A program made the position numbers and the translations under genes. Below are positions 28,070-37,035 of a stretch of 37,035 bases of DNA, one piece after another (the stretch's first letter is position 1; each line of letters starts with the position of its first letter). This stretch comes from a virus. Taxonomy: Duplodnaviria > Heunggongvirae > Uroviricota > Caudoviricetes. The stretch lies in IMG/VR virus record IMGVR_UViG_2541047861_000014; one strand, 5' to 3'. The notes under the pieces were generated by a model, which did not search any database, was not told the DNA's origin, and saw only the letters and a list, made by a program, of their open reading frames with translations.

Positions 28070-28393
28070 ATGGCAAAGAATTTTGTAGAAGAAGGAAAAA
28101 CGGTGGCGATTGTTGCCAGTGCAGCCATCAGCAGCGGAGATCTGGTGCAGGTGGGGGATGTTTTTGCGGTGGCGCTGACCGATATTCCACAGGGAGAAAC
28201 AGGCGACGGCATAACCGAAGGTGTGTTTATGCTGCCTAAGCTGAAAACGGATGACATGAAAACGGGTAAGAAGGTTTATCTGAAGTCAGGAAAAGTTCAG
28301 CTGACTAACAGCGGCTCTGAGCCGCTGGTCGGGGTTGTCTGGGCAGATGCCGGAACCAGTGCAGAAGAAGTGCCGGTAAAACTCAATGTCTGA
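28070..28393 (+). CDS. Capsid-associated small protein (decoration/cement candidate, DUF2190-like)
   Basis: 107 aa from ATG 28070 with GGAG RBS; directly follows the capsid gene; family assignment tentative. Confidence 0.45.
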   Translation: MAKNFVEEGKTVAIVASAAISSGDLVQVGDVFAVALTDIPQGETGDGITEGVFMLPKLKTDDMKTGKKVYLKSGKVQLTNSGSEPLVGVVWADAGTSAEEVPVKLNV

Positions 28394-28661
28394 TCCCTTT
28401 TCCCGGCTGGCAGCGCGTATGGATGCGATCACGGTCAGAAAGATGGGAAAGACAGCCTCGATTAATGATGTCGATATGACTGTGATCCCGGGAGAAACAC
28501 TGGCAGAGCTGAATGCTCTGTCCGGACCTGCGGTCTCTCTGGTGGTGTTTTCTTCGGGATACCGCCCACGGCGCGGGGATCGCGTTGTTTATGACGGACA
28601 ACAATGGACGGTCACACGGCATGAACGTTTTAACGGTAAGCCAATGATCTTTATTGAGTAA
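28386..28661 (+). CDS. Head-tail joining protein, FII-like
   Basis: 91 aa; position before Z; loose resemblance to lambda gpFII (MG.SA.I motif; RRGD...W.V). Confidence 0.55.
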   Translation: MSDPFSRLAARMDAITVRKMGKTASINDVDMTVIPGETLAELNALSGPAVSLVVFSSGYRPRRGDRVVYDGQQWTVTRHERFNGKPMIFIE

Positions 28662-28672
28662 AGAGGTGTGGG

Positions 28673-29251
28673 ATGAAGGGGCTTGAGAATGCCATCCGCA
28701 ATCTGAACAGCCTTGATACCCGTATGGTGCCACAGGCCAGCGCATGGGCGATAAACCGTGTGGCACAGAAAGCGGTCTCGGTTGCCACCCGGCAGGTTGC
28801 CGGGAATACCGTTGCGGGAGATAACCAGGTGAAAGGGATCCCCCTGAAACTGGTACGTCAGCGTGTCCGGGTGTTTAAAGCCAGTCCGTCAGGAAAAATG
28901 ACGGTCAGGATCCGCGTTAACCGGGGCAATCTGCCCGCCATTAAGCTGGGGACAGCCCGGGTCAGACTGGCCCGGCGTGGTGGAAAACTGCAGTACCGTG
29001 GCAGTGTGCTGAAGGTGGGTAAATATCTTTTCCGGGATGCGTTTATTCAGCAACTGGCGAATGGTCGCTGGCATGTGATGCGACGTATTGATGGCAAAAA
29101 TCGTTACCCCATTGATGTGGTGAAAATCCCGCTGTCCGGACCGCTGACACAGGCATTTGAAGATGCCCGCGACCACATCATTGCTGCGGAAATGCCGAAA
29201 CAGCTGGGGTATGCACTAAAACAACAACTGAGGTTATGGCTGACCCGATGA
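28673..29251 (+). CDS. Z: Tail completion protein Z
   Basis: 192 aa, same length as lambda gpZ, with shared strings (AINRVA ... AFIQQL.NGRWHVM.R..GKNRYPIDVVKIP ... LGYAL...LR). Confidence 0.85.
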   Translation: MKGLENAIRNLNSLDTRMVPQASAWAINRVAQKAVSVATRQVAGNTVAGDNQVKGIPLKLVRQRVRVFKASPSGKMTVRIRVNRGNLPAIKLGTARVRLARRGGKLQYRGSVLKVGKYLFRDAFIQQLANGRWHVMRRIDGKNRYPIDVVKIPLSGPLTQAFEDARDHIIAAEMPKQLGYALKQQLRLWLTR

Positions 29252-29649
29252 ACCGACATACACAAATCCGCCAGGCCGTACTGGCACGCCTTCGGGAACA
29301 GTGTGGAGACAGCGCCACGTTTTTTGACGGGCTTCCGGCATTTATTGATGCGCAGGAACTGCCTGCCGTGGCGGTGTGGCTGAGTGATGCTCAGTACACC
29401 GGAAAAATGACGGATGAAGATGACTGGCAGGCTGTTCTGCATATTGCCGTCTTCATCCGGGCACAGGCACCGGATTCAGAGCTGGATATGTGGATGGAGA
29501 GCACCATTTTCCCTGCCCTGAATGATATACCGGCACTTTCCGGACTCATCGACACCCTGATCCCACTCGGTTTTAACTATCAACGTGATAATGAGATGGC
29601 CACCTGGGCGATGGCGGAAATCACGTACCAGATCACGTACACGAATTAA
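29248..29649 (+). CDS. U: Tail terminator protein U
   Basis: 133 aa from ATG 29248 (ATGA coupling with Z); ATFFDG ... PAVAVWL ... PDSELD.WMES ... IPALS shared with lambda gpU. Confidence 0.85.
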   Translation: MNRHTQIRQAVLARLREQCGDSATFFDGLPAFIDAQELPAVAVWLSDAQYTGKMTDEDDWQAVLHIAVFIRAQAPDSELDMWMESTIFPALNDIPALSGLIDTLIPLGFNYQRDNEMATWAMAEITYQITYTN

Positions 29650-29659
29650 GGAGGTGGTA

Positions 29660-30403
29660 ATGACCACACCAAATCCACTGGCAAAGACGAAAGGTGCGGG
29701 GACGACGTTCTGGATGTATACCGGCAACGGCGATGCGTTTGCGAACCCTTTGTCGGACACTGACTGGCTGCGTCTTGCGATGGTGAAGGATCTGCAACCT
29801 GGCGAAATGACCGCTGATGCAGAAGATGACACTTATCTCGATGATGAAGATGCAGACTGGAAAACGACAACCCAGGGGCAGAAATCCGTTGGTGATACTT
29901 CGGCGACGCTGGCCTGGCGTCCGGGTGACAGCGGGCAGAAAAAACTGGTTCAGTTGTTCGACTCCGGTGAAGTCTGCGCGTTTCGTATCAAATATCCCAA
30001 CGGCACTGTTGATGTTTTCCGTGGCTGGCTGAGCTCACTGGGTAAAACCATTGCCTCAAAAGACGTGATGACCCGCACTGTGAAAATCAGCGGTGTGGGG
30101 CGTCCGTATCTGGCAGAGGAAGGCACTGAAACCGTGAGCGTTACCGGGCTGACAGTATCACCGGCGTCTGCCAGTGTAAAAGTGGGAGCAACCACCACGC
30201 TGACCTTTACAGTAAAACCTGACGGAGCCAGTGACAAAGCGATCAGTGTGCATTCGTCAGATCCACAGACTGCCACGGTTACCCTGAACGGACTTGTGGC
30301 CACGGTAAAAGGCGTGAAGCAGGGCAGTGTCAGCATTGTGGGCATGACCGCTGACGGGAATTTTGTGGCTGTGACTGCGGTGACTGTCAGCGCAGCAGGT
30401 TAA
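29660..30403 (+). CDS. V: Major tail tube protein V with C-terminal Ig-like (Big_2) domain
   Basis: 247 aa; GGAGG RBS; C-terminal Thr/Val-rich beta-strand region typical of Big_2 domains on lambda gpV. Confidence 0.85.
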   Translation: MTTPNPLAKTKGAGTTFWMYTGNGDAFANPLSDTDWLRLAMVKDLQPGEMTADAEDDTYLDDEDADWKTTTQGQKSVGDTSATLAWRPGDSGQKKLVQLFDSGEVCAFRIKYPNGTVDVFRGWLSSLGKTIASKDVMTRTVKISGVGRPYLAEEGTETVSVTGLTVSPASASVKVGATTTLTFTVKPDGASDKAISVHSSDPQTATVTLNGLVATVKGVKQGSVSIVGMTADGNFVAVTAVTVSAAG

Positions 30404-30463
30404 CAGGACGATACTCATCATTTGCCCCGGTTATTCGGGGCTTTTTTGCAGGTGGAGAACATG

Positions 30464-30850
30464 ATGTTTCTGAAACAGGACACGTTTAATTATGAAAAAC
30501 AGTCCGTGGTGCTCAGTGAGCTGTCCGGGCTGCAGAGAATTGAATATCTGACGTTTGTTCAGCAGCGAACGGCAAAGTTTGATGCCGGGGAGGGAGAACT
30601 GCCGGAGGCTGAACGACAGATTGCTTTTCTGCGGATGGGGATGGATATCAATGCCTGGCTGGTTTCCCGCTCACTGTGGAATGCGGATCAGTCTAAGGAT
30701 GTAGAGACGCTTTGCGCATCCGTTATTACAACATGGTCGTATGATGCCCTGGGTGCGGGGGCGGAGATGGTTCTGTCGCTGAGCGGTATGGGGGCCATTG
30801 ATAATGCCGTGGATGATGAGCATGAGGCGCTGACGCCGGAAAAGTCCTGA
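30464..30850 (+). CDS. G: Tail assembly chaperone G
   Basis: MFLKQDTFNYEKQSVVLSELSGLQRIEYL... parallels lambda gpG (MFLKTESFEHNGVTVTLSELSALQRIEHL). Confidence 0.85.
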   Translation: MFLKQDTFNYEKQSVVLSELSGLQRIEYLTFVQQRTAKFDAGEGELPEAERQIAFLRMGMDINAWLVSRSLWNADQSKDVETLCASVITTWSYDALGAGAEMVLSLSGMGAIDNAVDDEHEALTPEKS

Positions 30851-30858
30851 CGCGGGAA

Positions 30859-31188
30859 ATGCAGTTTGTCATGCGGCTTGCCCGGGAGTTCCGGCGGGCA
30901 GACTGGCGGCGGATGCTGTCGGAAATGTCGGCCACTGAGCTTGGTGAGTGGGGCGATTATTTCCGGATGCAGAGCTTCAGTGATGTGTGGATGGATGCGC
31001 AGTTTGCCTCGCTGAAGGCATTGATCGTGAGAATGGTGTCCGGCAGCAGTGATGCTGCGGTGGCTGATTTCAGCCTTTTACCGGAAGAGAACGGGATACC
31101 GGAGCGAACGGACGAAGAACTGATGCATCTTGGGGAAGGTATTTCCGGAGGTGTGCGTTATGGACCAGATAGCCAACCTGGTCATTGA
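30859..31188 (+). CDS. T: Tail assembly protein T (expected to be made as a G-T fusion by -1 programmed frameshift)
   Basis: The -1 frame is open from 30826; RLAREFRRADWRRMLSEMS ... GGVRYG shared with lambda gpT; slippery GGAAAAG at the G 3' end. Confidence 0.8.
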   Translation: MQFVMRLAREFRRADWRRMLSEMSATELGEWGDYFRMQSFSDVWMDAQFASLKALIVRMVSGSSDAAVADFSLLPEENGIPERTDEELMHLGEGISGGVRYGPDSQPGH

Positions 31189-34100
31189 TTTGGGGATTGA
31201 TGCGGCAGAGTTTAAAAATGAAATTCCCCGTATCAAAAACCTTCTGAATGGTGCAGCCAGCGATGCAGAACGGTCTTCTGCCCGTATGCAGCGTTTTATG
31301 GAGCGTCAGACTCAGGCCGCCCGGCAGACAACGCAGGCAGCTTCTTCGGCTGCAACAGCCGCATCCGTCCATGCGCAGACGGTGGAGAAGAACGCACAGG
31401 CTCATGAACGCATGGCCCGCGAGGTGGAGAAAACCCGCCAGCGCATGGAGGCACTGAGCCAGAAAATGCGCGAGGAACAGGCGCAGGCCATGGCTCTGGC
31501 GGAGGCTCAGGATAAAGCGGCTGCTGCGTTTTATCGTCAGATTGACAGTGTGAAACAGGCCAGTGCGGGGCTGCAGGAATTACAGCGTATTCAGCAGCAG
31601 ATCCGACAGGCCAGAAACAGTGGCGGGATTGGTCAGCAGGATTATCTGGCGCTGATTTCTGAGGTTACTGCGAAAACCCGTGTTCTTACACAGGCTGAGG
31701 AAGAGGCTACCCGACAGAAAGTGGCGTTTATCCGTCAGCTTAAAGAGCAGGCAACCCGCCTGAATCTTTCATCTTCTGAGTTGCTTCGTGCTAAGGCAGC
31801 CCAGCTGGGGGTAAGCAGTGCTGCAGAAGTGTATATCCGCAAAATGGAGCAGGCAGGAAAAGCCACGCATTCGCTGGGTCTGAAAAGTGCAGCAGCCCGC
31901 CAGGAGATAGGCGTTCTGATAGGTGAACTGGCCCGCGGCAATTTAGGGGCGCTGAGGGGATCCGGGATAACGCTGGCTAACCGTGCCGGATGGATAGACA
32001 CACTGATGTCACCGAAAGGCATGATGCTTGGCGGGGTTATTGGCGGTATTGCCGCGGCCGTCTATGGTCTGGGTAAAGCCTGGTATGACGGTCAGAAGGA
32101 GGGGGAAGAATTTAACCGCCAGTTGTCGCTGACGGGGCATTATGCCGGAGTCACTGCCGGGCAGCTGTGGACGCTCAGTCGTGCTATTTCCGGGAATGGT
32201 ATCACGCAACATGCTGCAGCCGGTGCGCTGGCTCAGGTGGTGGGGAGTGGTGCATTTCGTGGAAACGATATCGGTATGGTGGCGAGAGTTGCCGCACAGA
32301 TGGAGCGATCGGTTGGCCAGTCGGTCAGCGATACCATAAATCAGTTTAAGCGGCTGAAGGATGATCCTGTAAATGCCGCGAAGGCTCTGGACAATGAGCT
32401 GCATTTTCTTACTGCCACTCAGCTTGAGCAGATACGCGTCCTTGGGGAGCAGGGGCGGTCCAGTGATGCTGCACGGATAGCCATGTCTGCACTGGCAGAG
32501 GAAACCGGTCGGCGTACTGCGGATATTGATAATAACCTCAATGCGCTTGGCAGTACGCTGAAGTATCTGTCTGATTTGTGGAGTCGTTTCTGGGATGCGG
32601 CCATGAATATTGGTCGTGAAGACTCGCTGGATGAACAGATTGCCGCTTTACAGGAGAAAGTGTCGCGGGCGAAAAGACTCCCCTGGACGGCATCATCTTC
32701 TCAGGTTGAATACGATCAGCAGCGTCTTAACGATCTTCAGGAGAAAAAACGCCAGAAGGATTTGCAGGATGCAAAAGAGCAGGCAGAGCGGAATTATCAG
32801 GAGCAACAGAAACGCCGTAATGCTGAAAATGCTGCACTGAACCGGATGAATGAAACGGAAGCAGCACGACATCAGCGTGAAATTGCGCGTATTAATGCCA
32901 TGCAGTACGCCGATCAGGCTGTCAGGGATGCGGCGATACAACGTGAAAATGAACGTTACGAGAAAGCCCTGGCATCCGGTAAGAAAAAAACACGCGAAAC
33001 CCGTAATGATGAGGCCACCCGGTTATTGCTGCAGTACAGTCAGCAACAGGCACAGGTGGAAGGACAGATTGCTGCTGCCAGACAGTCAGCAGGCATTGCC
33101 ACGGAAAGGATGACAGAAGCGCATAAACAGCTTCTGGCTCTGCAGCAGCGCATCAGCGACCTGGACGGGAAAAAACTGACGGCAGATGAAAAGAGTGTGC
33201 TGGCCCGTAAAGATGAACTGATTCAGGCACTGACGCTGCTGGATGTAAAACAGCAGGAGCTTCAGAAACAGACGGCACTCAACGAGCTGAAGAAAAAAAC
33301 AATTCAGCTGACCAGTCAACTGGCTGAAGAAGAGCGCGCTCAGCGTCAGCAACATGACCTGGATATCGCCACGGTGGGTATGGGTGATCAGCAGCGACAG
33401 CGATATCAGGTACAACTGAGTCTTCGCCAGAAATACCAGCAACAGCTGGAGCAGTTGAGGCGGGATAGTGAGCAGAAAGGGACATATAACACGGATGACT
33501 ACAGAAAGGCCGAGCAGGCGCTGACGGAGAGCCTGAACCGACAACTGAATGAGAATCGCCGTTACTGGCAACAGCTTGAAGTTGTGCAGGGTAACTGGAA
33601 AAACGGAGTCCTGCGTGCATTTCAGGATTTTACCGTGGATGCAGATAATACGGCAGAAACAGCAGAACAGGTGTTCTCGTCAGCCTTCAGCAACATGGGA
33701 AATGGCCTGGCAACTTTTGTCACTACCGGCAAACTCAATTTCAAATCCTTCACCTCTTCTGTGCTGTCAGATATGGCGAAAATCCTGGCGCAGGCAACCA
33801 TGATGAAATCGATAAAAGGGATTGGCAGTGTACTGGGATTTGATCTCAGCAGCCTTTCCCTGAATGCCAATGGGGGGATTTATCAGTCTGCTGATTTGAG
33901 TCGTTACAGTGGCACGGTGGTTAACCGTCCGACGTTTTTTGCTTTTGCAAAAGGCGCGGGTGTGATGGGGGAAGCGGGACCTGAAGCCATTCTGCCATTG
34001 CGTCGTGGTGCTGACGGTAAGCTGGGGGTTGTGGCGGATATTGGGGGGTCAGGTATGGCGATGTTTTCCCCGCAGTACAACATCGAGATCAATAACGATG

Positions 34101-34225
34101 GCACGAACGGGCAGATAGGTCCGGCTGCCCTGAAGGCGGTTTATGACCTCGGGAAAAAAGCGGCAGCGGACTTTATGCAACAGCAGGCCCGTGATGGTGG
34201 TCGGTTAAGTGGAGCATATCGGTAA
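31160..34225 (+). CDS. H: Tail tape measure protein H
   Basis: About 1021 aa from ATG 31160 (GGAGG RBS); long coiled-coil Ala/Gln/Arg-rich middle; lambda order T-H-M. Confidence 0.9.
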   Translation: MDQIANLVIDLGIDAAEFKNEIPRIKNLLNGAASDAERSSARMQRFMERQTQAARQTTQAASSAATAASVHAQTVEKNAQAHERMAREVEKTRQRMEALSQKMREEQAQAMALAEAQDKAAAAFYRQIDSVKQASAGLQELQRIQQQIRQARNSGGIGQQDYLALISEVTAKTRVLTQAEEEATRQKVAFIRQLKEQATRLNLSSSELLRAKAAQLGVSSAAEVYIRKMEQAGKATHSLGLKSAAARQEIGVLIGELARGNLGALRGSGITLANRAGWIDTLMSPKGMMLGGVIGGIAAAVYGLGKAWYDGQKEGEEFNRQLSLTGHYAGVTAGQLWTLSRAISGNGITQHAAAGALAQVVGSGAFRGNDIGMVARVAAQMERSVGQSVSDTINQFKRLKDDPVNAAKALDNELHFLTATQLEQIRVLGEQGRSSDAARIAMSALAEETGRRTADIDNNLNALGSTLKYLSDLWSRFWDAAMNIGREDSLDEQIAALQEKVSRAKRLPWTASSSQVEYDQQRLNDLQEKKRQKDLQDAKEQAERNYQEQQKRRNAENAALNRMNETEAARHQREIARINAMQYADQAVRDAAIQRENERYEKALASGKKKTRETRNDEATRLLLQYSQQQAQVEGQIAAARQSAGIATERMTEAHKQLLALQQRISDLDGKKLTADEKSVLARKDELIQALTLLDVKQQELQKQTALNELKKKTIQLTSQLAEEERAQRQQHDLDIATVGMGDQQRQRYQVQLSLRQKYQQQLEQLRRDSEQKGTYNTDDYRKAEQALTESLNRQLNENRRYWQQLEVVQGNWKNGVLRAFQDFTVDADNTAETAEQVFSSAFSNMGNGLATFVTTGKLNFKSFTSSVLSDMAKILAQATMMKSIKGIGSVLGFDLSSLSLNANGGIYQSADLSRYSGTVVNRPTFFAFAKGAGVMGEAGPEAILPLRRGADGKLGVVADIGGSGMAMFSPQYNIEINNDGTNGQIGPAALKAVYDLGKKAAADFMQQQARDGGRLSGAYR

Positions 34226-34554
34226 TGGAGACGTTTCACTGGAAAGTGCGCCCGGATATGAATGTGGTATCAGAGCCGAAAGTGGTGACAGTGAAGCTGG
34301 GCGATGGTTATGAACAGCGTCGTGCGGCGGGACTGAATAACCAGTTGTCGACTTACAGCGTGACGATACGTGTTCGTAAATGTGACCACCCATCTTTAAA
34401 AGCCTTTCTGGAACGGCACGGTGGCGTCCGTGCATTTCAGTGGACGCCACCTTATGACTGGAAACCGATCAGGGTGGTTTGTCGTAAATGGTCGGCAAGC
34501 GTGGGGGCGCTGTGGGTAACCATAACGGCAGATTTTGAACAGGTCGTGGCATAG
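34225..34554 (+). CDS. M: Minor tail protein M
   Basis: 109 aa; TAATG overlap with H; same size as lambda gpM. Confidence 0.85.
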   Translation: METFHWKVRPDMNVVSEPKVVTVKLGDGYEQRRAAGLNNQLSTYSVTIRVRKCDHPSLKAFLERHGGVRAFQWTPPYDWKPIRVVCRKWSASVGALWVTITADFEQVVA

Positions 34555-34563
34555 GAGGCTCTG

Positions 34564-35262
34564 ATGCAGGATATTCCACAGGAAACACATCATGAGACGA
34601 CACGCCTCACTCAGTCAGCCCAGGTGGTGCTCTGGGAAATCGATCTGACAGAGGTCGGTGGTGAACGTTATTTTTTCTGTAATGAGCAGAACGAAAAAGG
34701 TGAGCCGGTTATCTGGCAGGGGCGGCAGTATCAGGTATACCCCATTCAGGGGACGGGATTTGAACTGAACGGCAAGGGCAGTGCTGCCCGTCCGACACTG
34801 ACGGTTTCTAACCTGTACGGTATGGCCACCGGGATGGCGGAAGATCTGCAGAGTCTGGTCGGCGGAACGGTGGTCCGGCGTAAGGTTTACGCCCGTTTTC
34901 TGGATGCGGTGAACTTCGTCAACGGAAACAGTGACGCCGATCCGGAGCAGGAGGTGATCAGCCGCTGGCGCATTGAGCAGTGCAGCGAACTGAGCGCGGT
35001 GAGTGCCTCTTTTGTACTGTCCACGCCGACGGAAACGGACGGCGCTGTTTTTCCGGGACGTATCATGCTGGCCAACACCTGCACCTGGACCTATCGCGGT
35101 GATGAGTGCGGTTATCACGGTCCGGCGGTTGCGGATGAATATGACCAGCCGACGTCCGATATCACGAAGGATAAATGCAGCAAATGCCTGAGCGGCTGTA
35201 AGTTTCGCAATAACGTCGGCAACTTTGGCGGCTTCCTTTCCATTAACAAACTTTCGCAGTAA
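34564..35262 (+). CDS. L: Minor tail protein L
   Basis: 232 aa; C-terminal Cys cluster (CTWTYRGDECGY ... CSKCLSGC), as in lambda gpL. Confidence 0.85.
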   Translation: MQDIPQETHHETTRLTQSAQVVLWEIDLTEVGGERYFFCNEQNEKGEPVIWQGRQYQVYPIQGTGFELNGKGSAARPTLTVSNLYGMATGMAEDLQSLVGGTVVRRKVYARFLDAVNFVNGNSDADPEQEVISRWRIEQCSELSAVSASFVLSTPTETDGAVFPGRIMLANTCTWTYRGDECGYHGPAVADEYDQPTSDITKDKCSKCLSGCKFRNNVGNFGGFLSINKLSQ

Positions 35263-35266
35263 TCCC

Positions 35267-36010
35267 ATGACAGAGACAGAATCAGCGATTCTGGCGCACG
35301 CCCGGCGATGTGCGCCAGCGGAGTCGTGCGGCTTCGTGGTGAGAGCGCCGGAGGGGGAAAGATATTTTCCCTGCGTGAATATTTCCGGTGAGCCGGAGGA
35401 TTATTTCCGGATGGCTCCGGAGGACTGGCTGCAGGCAGAGATGCAGGGTGAGATTGTGGCACTGGTCCACAGTCATCCCGGTGGTCTGCCCTGGCTGAGT
35501 GAGGCTGACCGGCGGCTGCAGGTGCAGAGTGATTTGCCGTGGTGGCTGGTCTGCCGGGGGGCGATTCACAAGTTCCGCTGTGTGCCGCATCTCACCGGGC
35601 GGCGCTTTGAGCACGGGGTGACGGACTGTTACACGCTGTTCCGGGATGCTTATCATCTGGCGGGGATTGAGATGCCGGATTTTCATCGCGGGGATGACTG
35701 GTGGCGTCACGGTCAGAATCTCTATCTGGATAATCTGGAGGCCACAGGGCTGTATCAGGTGGCGTTGTCATCAGCACAACCGGGCGATGTGCTGCTGTGC
35801 TGTTTTGGTTCATCGGTGCCGAATCATGCCGCCATTTACTGCGGCGACGGTGAGCTGCTGCACCATATTCCTGAACAACTGAGTAAACGAGAGAGGTATA
35901 CCGACAAATGGCAGCGACGCACACACTCCCTCTGGCGTCACCGGGCATGGCACGCATCTGCCTTTACGGGGATTTACAACGATTTGGCCGCCGCATCGAC
36001 CTTCGAGTGA
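35267..36010 (+). CDS. K: Tail tip assembly protein K (JAB/MPN + NlpC/P60-like)
   Basis: ATG 35267; JAMM-type motif ALVHSHPGG; Cys/His peptidase-like C-terminal half. Confidence 0.8.
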   Translation: MTETESAILAHARRCAPAESCGFVVRAPEGERYFPCVNISGEPEDYFRMAPEDWLQAEMQGEIVALVHSHPGGLPWLSEADRRLQVQSDLPWWLVCRGAIHKFRCVPHLTGRRFEHGVTDCYTLFRDAYHLAGIEMPDFHRGDDWWRHGQNLYLDNLEATGLYQVALSSAQPGDVLLCCFGSSVPNHAAIYCGDGELLHHIPEQLSKRERYTDKWQRRTHSLWRHRAWHASAFTGIYNDLAAASTFE

Positions 36011-36555
36011 AAACGGGGTCTGAAGCCATCCGGGCGCTGGCCATGCAGATCCCGGCGTTTCGTCAGAAACTGAGCGACGGCTGGTACCAGGTACGCATTG
36101 CCGGGCGTGATGCAGGTGAAACCGAATTGTCTGCCCGTCTTAATGAGCCGCTGGCAAATGGTGCCGTGATCCACATCGTGCCGCGTCTGGCGGGAGCTAA
36201 AAGTGGCGGTGTGTTTCAGGTGGTGCTGGGGGCGGCGCTGATTGCGGTGGCATGGTGGAACCCTGTGGGCTGGCTGGGTGCCGCGGCTGTATCGGGCATG
36301 TATGCGGCAGGGGCCAGTATGATCCTGGGCGGAGTGGCGCAGATGCTGGCACCGAAAGCCAGGACGCCCACGGCAGCAAGTACAGATAACGGCAAACAGA
36401 ACACCTATTTCTCCTCACTGGATAACATGGTTGCCCAGGGCAATGTTCTGCCCGTTCTGTACGGTGAAATGCGCGTGGGGTCACGGGTGGTTTCTCAGGA
36501 GATCAGCACGGCAGACGAAGGGGATGGTGGTCAGGTTGTGGTGATTGGTCGCTGA
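35908..36555 (+). CDS. I: Tail tip assembly protein I
   Basis: 215 aa, overlapping the K 3' end; C-terminus ...YGEMRVGSRVVSQEISTADEGDGGQVVVIGR as in lambda gpI (from memory). Confidence 0.75.
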   Translation: MAATHTLPLASPGMARICLYGDLQRFGRRIDLRVKTGSEAIRALAMQIPAFRQKLSDGWYQVRIAGRDAGETELSARLNEPLANGAVIHIVPRLAGAKSGGVFQVVLGAALIAVAWWNPVGWLGAAAVSGMYAAGASMILGGVAQMLAPKARTPTAASTDNGKQNTYFSSLDNMVAQGNVLPVLYGEMRVGSRVVSQEISTADEGDGGQVVVIGR

Positions 36556-36615
36556 TGCAAAATGTTTTATGTGAAACCGCCTCCGGGCGGTTTTGTCGTT
36601 TATGGAGCGTTAGGA

Positions 36616-37035
36616 ATGGGTAAAGGCAGCAGTAAGGGGCATACTCCGCGCGAAGCGAAGGACAACCTGAAGTCCACGCAGTTGCTGAGTGTGATCGATG
36701 CCATCAGCGAAGGGCCGATTGAAGGTCCGGTGGATGGATTAAAAAGCGTGCTGCTGAACAGTACGCCAGTGCTGGACACTGAGGGGAATACCAACATCTC
36801 CGGCGTCACGGTGGTGTTCCGGGCAGGTGAGCAGGAGCAGACACCGCCGGAGGGATTTGAATCCTCCGGCTCCGAGACGGTGCTGGGTACGGAAGTGAAA
36901 TATGACACGCCGATCACCCGCACCATCACGTCGGCAAACATCGACCGTCTGCGCTTTACCTTCGGTGTGCAGGCACTGGTGGAAACCACCTCAAAGGGGG
37001 ACAGGAATCCATCGGAAGTCCGCCTGCTGGTTCAG
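36616..37035 (+). CDS. J: Host-specificity / central tail fibre protein J, N-terminal 140 codons (continues past window end)
   Basis: Translation from ATG 36616: MGKGSSKGHTPREAKDNLKSTQLLSVIDAISEGPIEGPVDG..., matching the lambda gpJ N-terminus as recalled; no stop before 37035. Confidence 0.85.
   Translation, partial: MGKGSSKGHTPREAKDNLKSTQLLSVIDAISEGPIEGPVDGLKSVLLNSTPVLDTEGNTNISGVTVVFRAGEQEQTPPEGFESSGSETVLGTEVKYDTPITRTITSANIDRLRFTFGVQALVETTSKGDRNPSEVRLLVQ

Noticed and set aside
31248-34104. Overlapping ORFs within the tape-measure gene (e.g. 33086..33571 -, 32009..32404 -)
   Set aside because: Shadow ORFs of the 1021-aa H gene; Leu/Gln-rich antisense translations of a coiled-coil coding region.

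Overview
This window is the left ~37 kb of a mosaic lambdoid prophage from an Escherichia/Shigella-type host, apparently inserted at the 5' end of prfC. All calls rest on reading the sequence and ORF track and on recalled family knowledge; no searches or computations were run. Order, left to right: prfC 5' remnant; tyrosine integrase (+); an intact 1331-bp IS2 with a 5-bp TTTAC target duplication; an AT-rich 239-aa orphan cargo gene (the best candidate for an undescribed function, possibly defence or abortive infection); excisionase and a translationally coupled leftward early operon resembling CPS-53 yfdP-Q-R-S-T; a ~580-nt ORF-free, highly structured leader behind a PL-like promoter; a CI (HTH + S24 peptidase) / Cro switch with palindromic operators; early genes including an O-like replication protein with in-frame iteron-like repeats, RusA, a KilA-N protein and a DUF968 protein; Q antiterminator with PR'/tR'; cold-shock protein morons (CspF/H-, CspB-, CspI-like); a lysis cassette (phage-21-type dual-start pinholin, SAR endolysin, Rz with embedded Rz1) interrupted by two convergently overlapping cargo ORFs; a lambda-like cosN; then terminase small and large subunits, W, portal, a protease-capsid fusion, and lambda-like tail genes FII, Z, U, V, G/T (frameshift), H, M, L, K, I and the 5' end of J, which runs off the window. 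No tRNA, rRNA or CRISPR array was seen.
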